DNA of 64,000 bases, from positions 42,594,001-42,658,000 of the forward strand of contig OX597816.1 of the NCBI GenBank assembly GCA_951406725.2, written 5' to 3'. The stretch is from Octopus vulgaris. Taxonomy: Eukaryota. Under the pieces are notes generated by a model. It was not told the DNA's origin. It searched no databases and saw nothing but the letters and a program-made list of their open reading frames with translations. Below, in pieces: positions 41,286 through 54,600 of the stretch. The position numbers were made by a program, and so were the translations under genes. How positions within the stretch are numbered: the stretch's first letter is position 1; every line of letters begins with the position of its first letter.

Positions 41286-41798
41286 CAATATATGCCTCCC
41301 TGTTGTTGTTTTCATGTGTATATATATACGTTTTCACGCAAACACTCTCCCAGGCATACACAAATTCAACTTGGCATATGTGTGTACGCGTGTGTCTGTC
41401 TGGTATGCGTTTGTATATAAGAGATAACGAGACAGACGCTGTTCTTTGCAGAAGTAGCATAATTTCAATTTGGCAAACTATGAAAAAAGTATTAATTTTG
41501 AAACAATATTTATTTATATATTAATGTGAAAACAAAGCATACATATATTTCACACACATATATGGGGGATAAATGAACACCGTTTGGACACAAGTGTATG
41601 TGTGATTGTGTATGTCCATATGCGTGTGCATGATGATGTATATAAGTATATGTATATATATGTGTGTATGTATTATATTGATACATAAATGACATAGATA
41701 CACACAAACACATACTTACACACATACGAAAATATATATACATACATACATACGTACATAAATACATATATATATACATATGTATATGTTCGTATGTA

Positions 41799-41860
<62 letters not shown>

Positions 41861-42129
41861 CACTCACATGCATATATATATGTTCTAAAATAAATATGCG
41901 TTCTAATAGTCTGTCAAACTCAAATTACACTTTTTTGCAAAGAACATTGTTTAATATTTTTTCTCTCTTTCAAACGTCTATTCATTTCAAAAAGGTATTA
42001 AGATAAATATAATATCATAGTTTAAGAATTTGTTATGACTTTTATATCTTTGGAGATATTCGTTATAAATTACCGAGACTCAAATATTTGATTAGTTCAG
42101 TTGACATATGTAGCAATTATGTGTAAATC

Positions 42130-42700
42130 TAATACAACTTCTGTGTCCGTGAAACTTTTGGCTGAAAATACATTTGTATTGATTATTTGAACAGTGAATA
42201 TATACAGTGTTGGTGTAGTCATATTGCATTCCAACATTACAGTCGAGTATTTGATGCAAAATAGCTCTGGAGAAGAACTGGAAAATACTGATGATCTTAT
42301 GTTATCGAAATTGCAACAGGAAGCTTTTCCTTCTGCCTGTTTCAAATTTGGACAACGAGAGTACAGTTAGGACAATGGAATAATCCAATGATAGTGGGGT
42401 TGTGAATTTTGTTTGCAATCACTAACTGTGCAACTAAAGTGAATTAACTCGGCTGATATCGTTCTGATACTTGCTTGCAACAGATTGGACTTCGCTGAAA
42501 TCAAAGATAGCTTACGTTATCTGTAACGATAGCGTGCTTTGTCGTTTCTCCTGGCTAACAGATGAAACGGGAGCTCGTGTTGCTGCATAGCGCGCCATAA
42601 CCGCAAATGGGAAGCTTTCCTATCATATCTGTTTGGGCATATCAATCTCTTTTATATTTGGCAGTCTGCTATTTACTTCCATAGTATCCAAAATGTGAGC
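42130..42700 (+). pseudogene. Possible decayed adhesion-GPCR-like (GAIN/7TM) remnant
   Basis: Plus frames give VVILHSNITVEYL, GQWNN, CNH, YLLATDWT..KIAYVI...VLCRFSWL..E and KLSYHICLGISISFIF, loosely resembling GAIN/GPS and TM2-TM4 motifs. Several stops; matched by eye only. Confidence 0.3.
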
Positions 42701-43560
42701 AAGCCCTACATGATAACTATTCCAAGATTTTCGTGCCGGAGTAGGTATTTTTAAGTGTTGATGCATTCTTATACAGCACCGGGTTGGAAAATGAGATATA
42801 TTCTTTGGAGATATGGTCTTGTATTTTCGAATATCTCCTTGAATTTATAATATAAAATTTATTTATTTTACATTTAAGTATAACTTCAGACACATACACA
42901 CACATATAAAAGCATCAAACACACGTGCATATTATATTGATATTGAATGATAATTTAACAAATGAATATTTTTGTTTGACTTGAGTCCCTGCATAAATTA
43001 TAATTTCTGAATAAATAATGATCGAAAAACTGATATACCGAGTGTGAAAATTATTGCTTGGTATGAATTTAGATCAAGTGACCTTTCTCTTCTATAATTG
43101 TGGATGTGTTTGTTAAAGTCTTCTTACATTTCAACCATATTTTCCTTTCAAATTTTCGTATGAAATGACATGAGATAATTATTGAAAGGAAATATCTGTT
43201 GAATAACATTTAGATAACAGAAATAGTTACACTTGCTTCGTGACATTTACAGAAGTATATCAGCCTTTTTTTAGATATGTATTGAGTTAGACGGTAAATG
43301 AAATAAACACACTTCATTTCGTTTGATCGGGAAAGAGAGAAAGTTGTGAATTTTCATCGTGTCATATAATTGTGGACAGTGGTGCCTAATTAAGTTGCTC
43401 AGGTTAATGGTATATTCTGTTTGAGTCTGTTTGCATGTATTATAAGTAATTGTATGTAAATTAACAAGGTTTTAATGGTGTGTATGAAGGTATGTATACA
43501 CACACATGCATATATTTATACATACATATACGCAAATATACATACATATATACTCACATG

Positions 43561-43603
<43 letters not shown>

Positions 43604-44129
43604 TAATTATAAAAGATAGTTAACATGAATGACAAATAGCAACTAATTTGAGATAGGAAATGCAAATCAATGCCATTAACCGTGTATCTATCAACTCTGA
43701 GAGAATACATTAACTGTTACATCAAAGTTTGTCATCGGCGACCAGCCCCCTTTAATTACTTCCATATATATTTACCTTAATTTTATCTGAAATTCTTTAT
43801 GATCATCTGCATCTACTTTCTCTAGCAAATAATTCTCTTAGATATTCGACAACGATCAGGACGGTTAGTTGTACTGTTATTAAATATGATATAGCGATAC
43901 AACATTTCACAACATGAATACAAATGTATTACAAACGAAGTTTAACAATCTAATCTGACACTAGGATTCCTTTCGCGGAATTCACTCTATTGGTAGAAAG
44001 AGGGACAACACTCCAGTGTGATGATAACACGTTAGTGTAAGGTTTCGCTACATTTCCCCAACAACACTTCCACACTGGGAGTTCACTGAAATTTTCAACA
44101 TGCCTTTAAAATATGTACCGATGCAACTC

Positions 44130-44375
44130 AATAATAGAGTGGACGAAACCATTGCCCATATCACAAACGAATGCGCTTGACTTGTCCTTAACCACTACAA
44201 GTTGTGGCGACATGATCATGAAGCAAACGTGATACATTGGAAACTGTGCTAGAGTGGCGGAGTCAGAGGCTAGCAAAATCCTCTGGGATTTCCGAATCCA
44301 AACAGATCAGGTGCTAGAGCATAACAGAACGGACCTAGTGAATGCCAATTATTATTGGGTCCTTGGGGACAATAT
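44130..44375 (+). pseudogene. R4/Dong-like C-terminal (CCHC plus restriction-like endonuclease) fragment
   Basis: Translates as DETIAHITNEC...HYKLWRHDH..NVIHWKLC / KILWDFRIQTDQVLEHNRTDLV / PIIIGSLGTI. Confidence 0.8.
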
Positions 44376-44653
44376 AAGAAAGCATGTCTTGCATGTCTGT
44401 GTATATATGTCATATAGAGGTATAAATTAGAGGTGGTGTTTAAAGTCTCTAAGGGATAGATTTATCCAAAGGCTGTCCTGGCAGTTACCTCGGTAGGTAT
44501 ACTCCTTCGAAAAATGTATACGGCAGCAGTTAATTTAGTGGTTAAACCGTAGTTTAATTTATATAGAATGGAGGTAAAATAACAGTAAGAAGCGCGTATT
44601 TTGTAGTAGGGAGACAGTATTTAATTAGTTAAGAAAGGTGAGAGTAAGAGTGA

Positions 44654-44738
44654 GTTTACGATCGTTTCTGTGTACCATGCTGTAGAAAGATTATATTTAT
44701 ATTTTTCCCTCCTTGCCAATGGTAGAAATGATCAGAAC
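44654..44738 (-). ncRNA. Decayed hammerhead-like motif in the Penelope pLTR
   Basis: Minus strand reads GUU-CUGAUCA-uuucUACCA...UGGUAcaca-GAAA-CGAUCG-UA-AAC, in the sense orientation of the element. G8 reads as C. Confidence 0.5.
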
Positions 44739-46308
44739 GAAGAAGAGAAGTAGTGAAAAGTGCGGAAAAGAAAATAATCAAAAGTTCGAAATTCTTACAT
44801 TATAGTTAGGTTCAGAGTTCATTAAGTCCGTTGTGAGGTGGGAGAAGAATAGAAGTTAGTTGAATCTGTGGTCTCGTGGTTATTTAAAAGCATGGTTTCC
44901 ACATGTCTGTGACCTGACCTCTAGGGTTTGCCTGCCGGTGCAATGTAAGGGAGTGAAGTCTAATTAAGGATAACAGGTGCGGTTATAAGGACCTATGTGT
45001 CAGTAAATTATAGGTCGTAGGCGGTTCGTATTTATACAGGAAGCCGTACATAAGTGTAAAGTATAGATCGAAGGTCAATCCGATCTGGCGTGTAGAAAGA
45101 CTCATTGGCATAATATTATTTAGTTATATCGAATGCAAAAAGAGAACGGCGCTTGAAGGAGAAAATTTTGCGTGTAAGTAGCGTCGGTGGTTATCGACTA
45201 AAAAGATTTATAGGAATAAATAGGCTAGCGTAGGATGTAGAATAGATATATAATTATTGATTTATAATGTGGTTTTGGAGTAGGGTAACATAGAATATCA
45301 CTTAGGTATATTGTTTATTTATTTAAAATGTAGGTTTGGATTGGTGTAAGCTAGTTAGGTAAGAATTAGGTTAAGGGGAGGTAATGCGCTGATGAGTAAG
45401 TCTGCTAGTAGGATTAAGGCAACAAGGTAGTGGTGTGTATAGGATTGAGCCGGTTAACGAAACTTAGAAAAGACAAATCGGCCTATAATTGTATACAACA
45501 TTTATTATTTTCATATTTCCTATTGAGTAGCGGTTTAGCCATTAATATTGGAGGCGTTCTGTTAAACAGAGATCACACCGCTTATTGGTAGTGTTATAAG
45601 ATGAGGTGTTTGCTAGAATACGCCATTCTAAATTGTAATTGATTTTTCTCGTCCTTTAATTCCTAGATGTATCTACTAAGCCTTCAAGAGTTTGCTTTTT
45701 TTCTATTTCTAAAACTAGATGTGTGTGAATTGTACCTAAGTATCATTTGATTTTTTGTGTCTCTTATATACGTTTTGCATGGCTATTTGTGAGTGCATTT
45801 TTGGTTTTACACCTATTAGAGAATTGACACTGTCTGTACATCCACATAAAATATTCAGTTTATCTCTGCTAGTGTTGTGTTGAGGGGGCAGCTACTGTTT
45901 CTCGGGTCGTTGTCCGTGTTGCTAGAAGGCGCGTCATTATGGGAGACATTTATCCAATTTGCCGGTTGGCTGTTATGTTTTATGTTGCTAACGTTCCTAG
46001 TTTCGCGGACGTTGTCTAACCAGATCTTATTGCTATTTCGTTTCTTATTAATATTGTTATTTTTGGTATAGAAACTGCTCTCGGTTTTCGTATAGCGAGT
46101 GAAGTTGTAGTTATGGTTATTGTATTTCTTTCTACAGTTGTGTTTATGGTTATTATTGTTCGTGCTAGTTTTAGTGGAATTATTTCTATACGGTTTATGT
46201 GAACTAAATGGTTTGGTGTTATCATTCTTTACTTGGGTTATACTGGTTCTTTGGGTTCGTTATTTTTATTCCTATTAATATTTAGGTTTATATTATTATT
46301 ATTATTAT

Positions 46309-46725
46309 TGAGTGAGAGAGCAGTTCATGCCATCAAAGTGACACTGGGGTAAAATATACGAAGCCCAATATACCCATCATGACTATCTGTCTGACAAGGG
46401 TACACCAGGCACATGCATCACAACAATATGTGCGCGACATAGTGATCTCATATCAAGATAAACAGCACATGACCTTGCAGGTGGGGCCCAGTTAGAAATT
46501 TCTTCAGGTTGAGTAGCCCATCCCGCTCAAAAGGTCCCTAAATAAGGGTTGTTTAAGGATGTTGAAATAACCACCCATGTTTCCAGAGGTGAATTATTCA
46601 AACCCCAAAGAATCCCTCTCAACACATGGCTATGATGCTCCCCCACTACTTCTGCTCGTGATCAGAGATGCACATATCGTCAGCCACTAAGGGACATGCT
46701 CAACTGGTTAAGGTCAAACAACTGA
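46309..46725 (-). mobile_element. SINE-like repeat with (AAT)n tail, inserted in an (ATT)n tract (family D)
   Basis: Flanked by (ATT)n. A second diverged copy at ~63915-64000 shares GATCTCATATCAA...GGGGCCCAGTTAGAA. Confidence 0.7.
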
Positions 46726-47466
46726 TTATTATTTTTATTATTATTATTATTATTATTATTTTATGTGTAGCCACAGCCACCATCAACACTCCATTGTGTT
46801 GGAGAATGGGTGGTTAAAGAATTCATGTTCTTTGGGTCTATAAATAGCCACGGTAGATGGTGGAGACAAAGGACGTTAATGGTCAGTAAAAGGTCAAACC
46901 TGTTTACGTTTATTTATTTATTTATTTATTTATTTCCTTTCTCTTTTCTTCTTCACCACATGCATATGTATATGTATATATATGTATATTCACTCACACA
47001 TATTATCTGATGTTTTCGTCGAAGATTTTTTTTTTTTTTTTTTTAAATAACTTTCTGAGTTCAATGTTATGTATATATTTTTAAATTTCTGAATTCAGTT
47101 GTATGTATATAGTAGTAGGTGCTTAATTCCATAACTTTTTATCGTGCATTTAATTGTGTTGTTACAATAAAAGGTAATTTAAAAGGCAATTTTACACATT
47201 CTTATAGTCATGAGAGACGACTAAATGTAAATGTTCACACAGAATTGGAGATATTTATGTTTCTAATTTTTCTTGTTAGGTGTACGTTTGTATGAGCTGT
47301 AGATATGTAAGTTTGTTTTTTTTTACTTATTTTGAGGGTAATTCAAATTACTTACAGTAAACAGTAGATCTTCCAGTTTTCTACAGTTGACCTGCTGGGT
47401 TCGCTGTTGTCAGTTCAGAGCATCGTAAAAATACGTCCATCCTCTGTCACGTCCAGCCGCCTTCCC

Positions 47467-47549
<83 letters not shown>

Positions 47550-47553
47550 GTTA

Positions 47554-47612
<59 letters not shown>

Positions 47613-48915
47613 ATTATTATTATTATTATTATTAATGTTATTAGTCGTGTTAGTATTTTTAATTTTTTTTAATTTTCATATTGTTGGTATACCTTTTGCT
47701 ATTTTTTGTATTATTGTTGATTATTTTTGTATGAATCTTAACATTGTTTCTGTTTTTTTTTATATTATTGGTGGTAATCTTATCTATGTTGTTAATATTG
47801 TTGGTGTAGTTGCTAGTTTCGTTTGGGATGTGGTTAGTGTTATGAATATTATATTGTGCATTTATGTTATTCCGGCATAGTGGTCTAGGTCTAAGTATTT
47901 AAATCTTTTGCTTACAGCATACTTTATCTAATGCGCTATTGTAGATTGCCTTATACTTATTGAAAATAGCTTGGTTGGAAGAGAGACCTGAAAATCTATT
48001 GCTAATATTTTGTACCAATCCTCTCTTAATAAAGTTCGCATGGTTACTGGATGCATTTATGTATTTGAGGTTAGTTTTAGGCTTTATGTAGGGTTCGGGG
48101 ATCCCTGTAGGTGGGTTGCAGTTGGCGTCTAAGTAGTTTACAGAGTTGTGTTCGTTTGTTATAGTAATAGTTATGCCAAATGTTTTAAAGAATTTGTGTA
48201 ACTTTTTCTTAACGAGTTCTAATCTCCTATTTGAGGGTTTTTTTAAGTATGAATAGTGCGTCGTCCCTATATAATCCACCCTTCAGTTCTGGGAATTCTT
48301 CCTGCAGGTATGATAGCAAATAGATGCCCACTTGGTCTCTTACATGTGCTGTATCTTTTCTTGCTCAAAGTTTATTATCGAAACTTATTACTGATTTCCT
48401 CGCATCTAATATTACGTTAATTTCCTTTATATTTAATTGGGTATGATTTTTGGCGAAGATAAGAACACTGTTACTAAGAACACAGGATATTAAGATTAAT
48501 AGATTAGTACTAGTCTTTCATGTCTATTTGTAGGAATTTGTAGTTTATGTAGTACTGTATTTTTGGAGAAGCAGTTTAGGGCTTCATGTATGTTAGACCA
48601 TAGTTCTAGGGCTATCGTATTCTTTAACTTAGGGATATAATTGTCTAAAGTTAATTTACTTCATTTACATAGATCTGACTTATTGGGGCATATTAATTTA
48701 ACTTTCGTATTCGTCAAGAAGTTAGGTTCACGGTGTTTTAGCGTAATGCGAGGTCTGGAAGGTATACAGAAACGATCGTAAACTCATTCTTAATATTCAC
48801 CTTTCTTAACTAATTAAATAATGGCTGCCTAGCACAAAAGTTACGTTTCTTATTGTTATTTTTCCTCCATTTTCTTTTCGTCCATATGTCATATATATAC
48901 ATATATACACACATA

Positions 48916-48959
<44 letters not shown>

Positions 48960-49424
48960 ATATGTATAAAATATAATAACATACATATATATATATATAA
49001 CATATGTATACAATATAATATATATATATATATGTGAATATATATATATATATATAAAAGCCTACATGCATTCGTATATATACATGTATGTATGCACACA
49101 TGCGTGTACAGTAACCATTACCTGAGTATGTTGCATATATGTGTGCACGCGTTTGTCATTGTATGCTCAGGATTGTATCTGCCTATCTAACTACGTAGGT
49201 GTCATGATTATATATATTTCTCTCTATCGGAAGCAAAGAATTACTGCAGCAGGAAGAGAGAAATATATTGTCATGACAAACGATGATATTGATGAAATGC
49301 ATGCATAAATCACTAATCTTGCGGCAACGTCTGCAGAGGAAACACCAGAATATATAAGATATCAGATAATAAATAATAATCAGCAGAAATATAAACATAA
49401 AACTATAACATGCATACATACAAA

Positions 49425-49465
<41 letters not shown>

Positions 49466-49474
<9 letters not shown>

Positions 49475-49902
49475 TTATACATCTGCATATATATTCATAC
49501 AGACACACACACATATATATGTATATATATATACACACACATACATATATGGATATATATATATATATATGGATATAATTATATATATGTATCTATGTGT
49601 ATACACAAACAAATATATGTATCTGTATATATGATTGTAAATATATATATGTATATATGTATATATATATATACTTATATATATATATATACATGTATAT
49701 ATATATACTTATATATATACATATATATATATGTATATTTATACATCTGCATATATATTCATACAGACACACACACATATATATGTATATATATATACAC
49801 ACACATACATATATGGATATATATATATATATGGATATAATTATATATATGTATCTATGTGTATATACAAACAAATATATGTATCTGTATATATGATTGT
49901 AA

Positions 49903-49935
<33 letters not shown>

Positions 49936-49971
49936 CTTATATATATATATATACATGTATATATATATACT

Positions 49972-49990
<19 letters not shown>
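49466..49990. repeat. Near-identical tandem duplication of a ~262-bp microsatellite-rich unit
   Basis: ATACATCTGCATATATATTCATACAGAC...GGATATAATT...AAACAAATATATGTATCTG...GATTGTAAAT occurs twice in register. Confidence 0.8.
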
Positions 49991-50035
<45 letters not shown>

Positions 50036-50711
50036 TGTGTGTATATATGTATATATATGTATATATATATATATATATACAGAGAGAGAGAGAGAGAGAT
50101 GCGTGTATATAAACGTGCGTGTGTGAGCGCACGAGGGTACAAGTGCGTGCGTGTGTAGGCCTGTATAGTACACTGTTTCCAACCGATGTCTTGTATTTAT
50201 AGAACTTAAGTGCTGAATGTGTGCAGGAAATCATGTGTGAACATGAAATGGATTCATAATAATGATCGACCAGTGACATGATTGATTGTGTTGTAAATAT
50301 ATCATTGACTTACTCAGTGATGTGCCAATACTGAAGCGGTGTTGTCATCACTTTCATATACACTATCACATGCACAAGAACGAGTATTCTGGCTATATTT
50401 GTATATAGGGAAATATAAGAAATATATACAAATGTGTCCATAAACCCATGGATTCAAAACTACACGCATATCTCAATATATATCGGTGTCTGGTTATGTA
50501 TAGAACTAACAACGTATATGGTATATATGCGTATATATATAAAATACACATACATAACACACATACTCAGGTGGATAAATATATAGATGCATAGAGATAT
50601 GTATATGTACGTATATAATTATGGTATATATATTTATATATATATATATAGATATATATATATTTATATATATATATATAAATTATGTACAATATGTAAT
50701 TTATATATATA

Positions 50712-53700
50712 TTTTTTTTTTTCTAGTTTCAGCTAAGAGCTGCGGCCATGCTGATGCACCGCCGTTTTGTGCTACACTGTTATTACGACGAACCTCGTCT
50801 AATACGTAGCACTTGGTGAAGAATGGAGTTTGATACAGCTACTCTCATTTGCACCTCTTGCCGTGTGGTAGGTTCATCTGGGTCTCTTGACAGGAAGATG
50901 TCCAGCTTTGATTTAAAAACCGCTACATCTACTTTGTGCAAGTTCCTCAGACTCTTTGAGAGATTATTAAAAAGCTGTGGGCCCTTGAAACCCAGGCTGT
51001 TGCAGAAGCTGGTCCTGAAGCGTGATGGCATTGCTGGGATCTTTGGCACTATGTAGTGTCGTCCCGTTCTAGCATTGGTGTAGCTTACAATGCCAAAATT
51101 TGGCACAATTCCTTCCAGGATCTTCCAGACATATATTATTGCATACCTCTCCCGTCATCTCTCCAGGGAGTAGAGTCTTAGCTGTTTCAAACTTTCCCAG
51201 TAGCTGAACTGTTGCAAAGAGACGATCTTCTTTGTGAATCTTCTCTGGATTGCTTCAAGGTCCGCTGTTAAATTTACACTGGTGGGTGACCATAGCTGTG
51301 AGCAGTAATCCAGGCGACTGAGGACGAATGTCCGCCAGAGGACCATCATGGTTTCCTTATCTCTGGTTCTGACTGTTCTTAGGATCCACCCAGCCAGTCG
51401 TCTGCACTTTGTCGCCATCCTGGTAATGTGCACTTGGAAAGAGGTATCACTCATGTCGATACCCAGGTCCCTCACAGACTTAGGCTCTGGGATTGAAATT
51501 CCCTGTGGACCGATGTATCCTGTAAGTTTAATATTCAGTGTTGGATGCTGGTAGCGCAGGGCCTGGAATGTTTCAGCATTAAACTGCATATTATTATCCT
51601 CAGCCCATCTGTAGATTGAGTCCAACACCTGCTGCCGGTGTGCAACATCGCTGGGGTTCTGTATTTTCTGCGAGACTTTCGTATCGTCTGCATAGCTGGC
51701 CAGAGTGGCTATCCGGGCATTTGAGGGCATATCTGAGAGGGCCACTATAAAAAGCAGTGGTCCCAAGACAGTGCCCTGCGGAACACCGCTCACTATTTGT
51801 GTGTTCATAGAGGTGGCTCCATTAACCACTACTGCCTGACTCCTATCTTTCAGGAAGTCATGCAACCACACTCCAAGTTTTCCAGCTATGCCGAGGTCAC
51901 GTAGTTTGTGGCATATCATACCATGATCCACCTTGTCAAAAGCTTTTGCAAAATCAAGGTAGATTACGTCCACATTTGATTTGTTGAGTAACTGCCTCAA
52001 CATCCGGTCATAATGCTGTAAGAGCTGGGTCAGGCAGCTCCTACCTGTTCGAAAACCATGCTGGGTATTACTCAGCAAGTTATTTTCCTCAAGGAATGCG
52101 ATTAGTTTCTTTCTGACTATCCGTTCCATGACTTTGCTGTTGTATGAAGTCAGAGAGATAGGCCTATAGTTTTTGGCATTTTCTCTACTTTCCCCTTTAT
52201 GTATTGGGCATATTATTCTCTCCTTCAGCTTGCTTGGCAGTTTGCCATTCGCAAGAAAGCTCTGGAAGAGAATATTGAGGGGTTTTGCTAGGGCATGCTT
52301 ACACGCTTTGAGGAGGATGGCTGGGAAACCGTCTGGACCAGCAGCTGAGTTTGTGTCCATTTCATCTATGGCTAGTAGGACATCTTTTTCGCTAATGTCA
52401 ATACATTCTATTGTAACCGTCTCGCTGGTTATAGGTGAGGCGGCAAAGAAGTCCACTGGTTCGTTCACTTGTCTGTGTTCCAACGGAGTGGTAAAGACAC
52501 TTTTGAACTGGTCATTCAGCATCTCACTGATCATAGTTGGACTGTCTGTGAGGGAGCCATCCTTTTGGAGGAGGGGTCCTATCTTGTAGTGCACTGAGAC
52601 TGTTTCTTTCGCGTAATGAAAGAAGGCCTTTGGGTTTGATTTAATGTTTTTTATAACCCAGGCTTCTTTGTCTGCTTTCTCCTTCACATAGGATTGTTGC
52701 AGCTTTTTTTCGATCCCCATCAGTGTTGTTTTTAGGCGGGACGTTTCGCTACTTTTGGGATGTTGGTTGAGACGATTTACAACCTTCATCAGTTGTCTCA
52801 TGAGGATCTTCCTGTCTCTTGGAATCTTGCTCCTATTTGTTTTGGCCTTGTGCTCTGGGACATATTTCTGGCATACGGCTTGCACAGAAGACATGAAACA
52901 TTCTAGTTTCATGTCAATGTCTGGCGTGGAGAGACATTCCGGCCAGTCCTCTCTGAGGATCTCTTTTTGGATCGATTTCCAATCTGCTTTGTGGAAGTTC
53001 AGATTGGAGAGATTTCAGGTGCTTCCTTTAGGCTGTATGTCTCTGGTTACTTTCGGCCCAAACATAGACAGCTCTATTATGTTGTGATCCGAAACTGATG
53101 TCGGTGTCACTTTCACATCATGAATGATGTCCATATTGTTCGTGAAGCAGAGATCCAGAATGTTATTCGCCCTAGTTGGCTTGAGTACAACTTGCTCCAT
53201 GAATAAGGCATTGGTGAGGTTGAGCAGGGACTCCACCTGTACTTGCTTGCAATGATTCATTCCTGAGAGTATGTGACCTTCGGGCTATTTGACGTTGGGG
53301 AAGTTGAAATCACCCATAAGAAATATGGTCACGTGGTGTTCCAGATTCATGAGGATTTCTTTAATTCTTGTGAGGCAATCTTCAAACGTGCCTATGTGAT
53401 TTGGGGCATCCGGTGGGCAATATGTATTGCATATGACTATATTATGTTGTCTTATGTATACAATTAAGATGTCACATACCGAATTTGAGTATGTCATCAA
53501 GACCTGGGGTGTGAGGTCATCTCGGATGTATACATCAACTCCACCAAGGCTCCTTTACCTTCTGTCTGTTCGCAGTATGGCATAGTTTGGTATGTGTACT
53601 TCTGCGTCCTCTATATCAGGGTTGAGGTGAGTTTCCACAAGTGCTATGCATAGGGCTTGATTGCATGCAGTAAGATCTCTCAGGAATGAAATTTTGTTTC

Positions 53701-54600
53701 TATGTTGATGCAACAGGCCCCCAATATTTAGTAAAAGTACTGGGGTGACGGCTGTGCAGGCGTTAGGGGAGGCCATCCCGTGTCTGTTGACTGTGGTGGT
53801 CTTGCATAGTGGTGGGCAGGGTTCCTTCTCTGTGCTTGGTGTAGCCAGGTTAGCTGCCGGACAATTCTTTCCGCCATGCATAAAAAAGACTCTTATTCAG
53901 CTGCTGCGTTGCGCAGAACATCTGAGGAGCGCACTTCGTATTTGAAAGTTTTCCTGGGAGATATTTCTTGTGTTCCCTCGGTAAAGCTTTTCTCTTTAAG
54001 TCCCCTGAAGTTCTGGCGGGGTGTCGAGTGGGCGAACCGGCAGTTTTTGCCGTCCTCACCATGCCAACATTTGCCCCGCAGGTAGAACTTACAGGTTCTT
54101 CGGTGCCTTCCAGATTTCTTCTTTCCTGAAGTGTACATGGTGGTATTGGATCCTCCATGGGGTTCTCTACTGTGTGGTGGGTTGGGGTTTCAGCTTTGGG
54201 TGTTTTGCCTTTTCTTCCTTTTCCCTCCTTATTTTTGTTTTCAGTCCTTCCTTTTTTCTTCTGGTTTTTCTAATTTTTCTAATTTTTCATTTCTTCGTAG
54301 GACCACTGGTACATGGGGGCTTCCGGTTTCTGCTCCCTTGGCTCCCCTATCCTTCACTACTTGGTCGTTCACCGGAGTAGGTGATCCATTTTCCTGAGGA
54401 ACCCCTGGTTCACAGAGACTTCCGGCTTCCCTCTCTTTTTCGTCCTCTTCATCCTCATCAGCTTTGCCACAATAATTTTCAATTATGTTGTCCAGTGTTT
54501 TGATGCGTGGTCTTATAAGCATGTAAGACCGGATAAACTCATTTTTCTTCCGCTCTATCTGCTCAATGGTTCTATGAAAACCATTGTTTTTTAGCGTGTG
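50712..54600 (-). mobile_element. Near full-length CR1-group LINE, disrupted
   Basis: ORF1 pieces 54241-54522 and 53893-54138 (CCCH finger). APE endonuclease pieces 53015-53740 (LNIGGL, VETHL, YCPP, MGDFNFP, ILDLCF, SDH). RT 51155-52912, C-terminus 50783-51106, then a stem-loop tail and poly(A). Inserted in (TA)n. Confidence 0.95.
51155..52912 (-). pseudogene. LINE ORF2 reverse transcriptase (585-aa open segment of a frameshifted EN-RT ORF)
   Basis: Motifs AAGPDG, NYRPISLTS, QHGFR, YLDFAKAFDKVDH, GVPQGTVLGPLLF and YADD. A premature TGA falls in LYSLER*RERY. Confidence 0.95.

Larger units (their letters stand above)
44400..48870 (-). mobile_element. 5'-truncated Penelope-like element (Naiad-like), interrupted, with an inverted pLTR piece
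   Basis: RT thumb ORF 47899-48279 (KKKLHKFFKTFGITITI...NYLD...PYIKP...YINASSNH...ISNRFSGLSSN). GIY-YIG region ~45450-45900 (TYI...RYNSHTSSFRN...LSRYI*ELKD...WRIL...YNTTNKRCDLCLTE). 44570-44676 is inverted at 48761-48870. Confidence 0.85.

Noticed and set aside
45380-45470. CTGATGAG...CGAAAC on the plus strand as an antisense hammerhead
   Set aside because: There is no convincing stem I or III, and the CGAAAC is the complement of the last codons of the Penelope ORF.
45680-45695. In-frame TGA in the Penelope GIY-YIG as selenocysteine
   Set aside because: It is not at a Cys-aligned position, the copy has many other lesions, and I recognised no SECIS.
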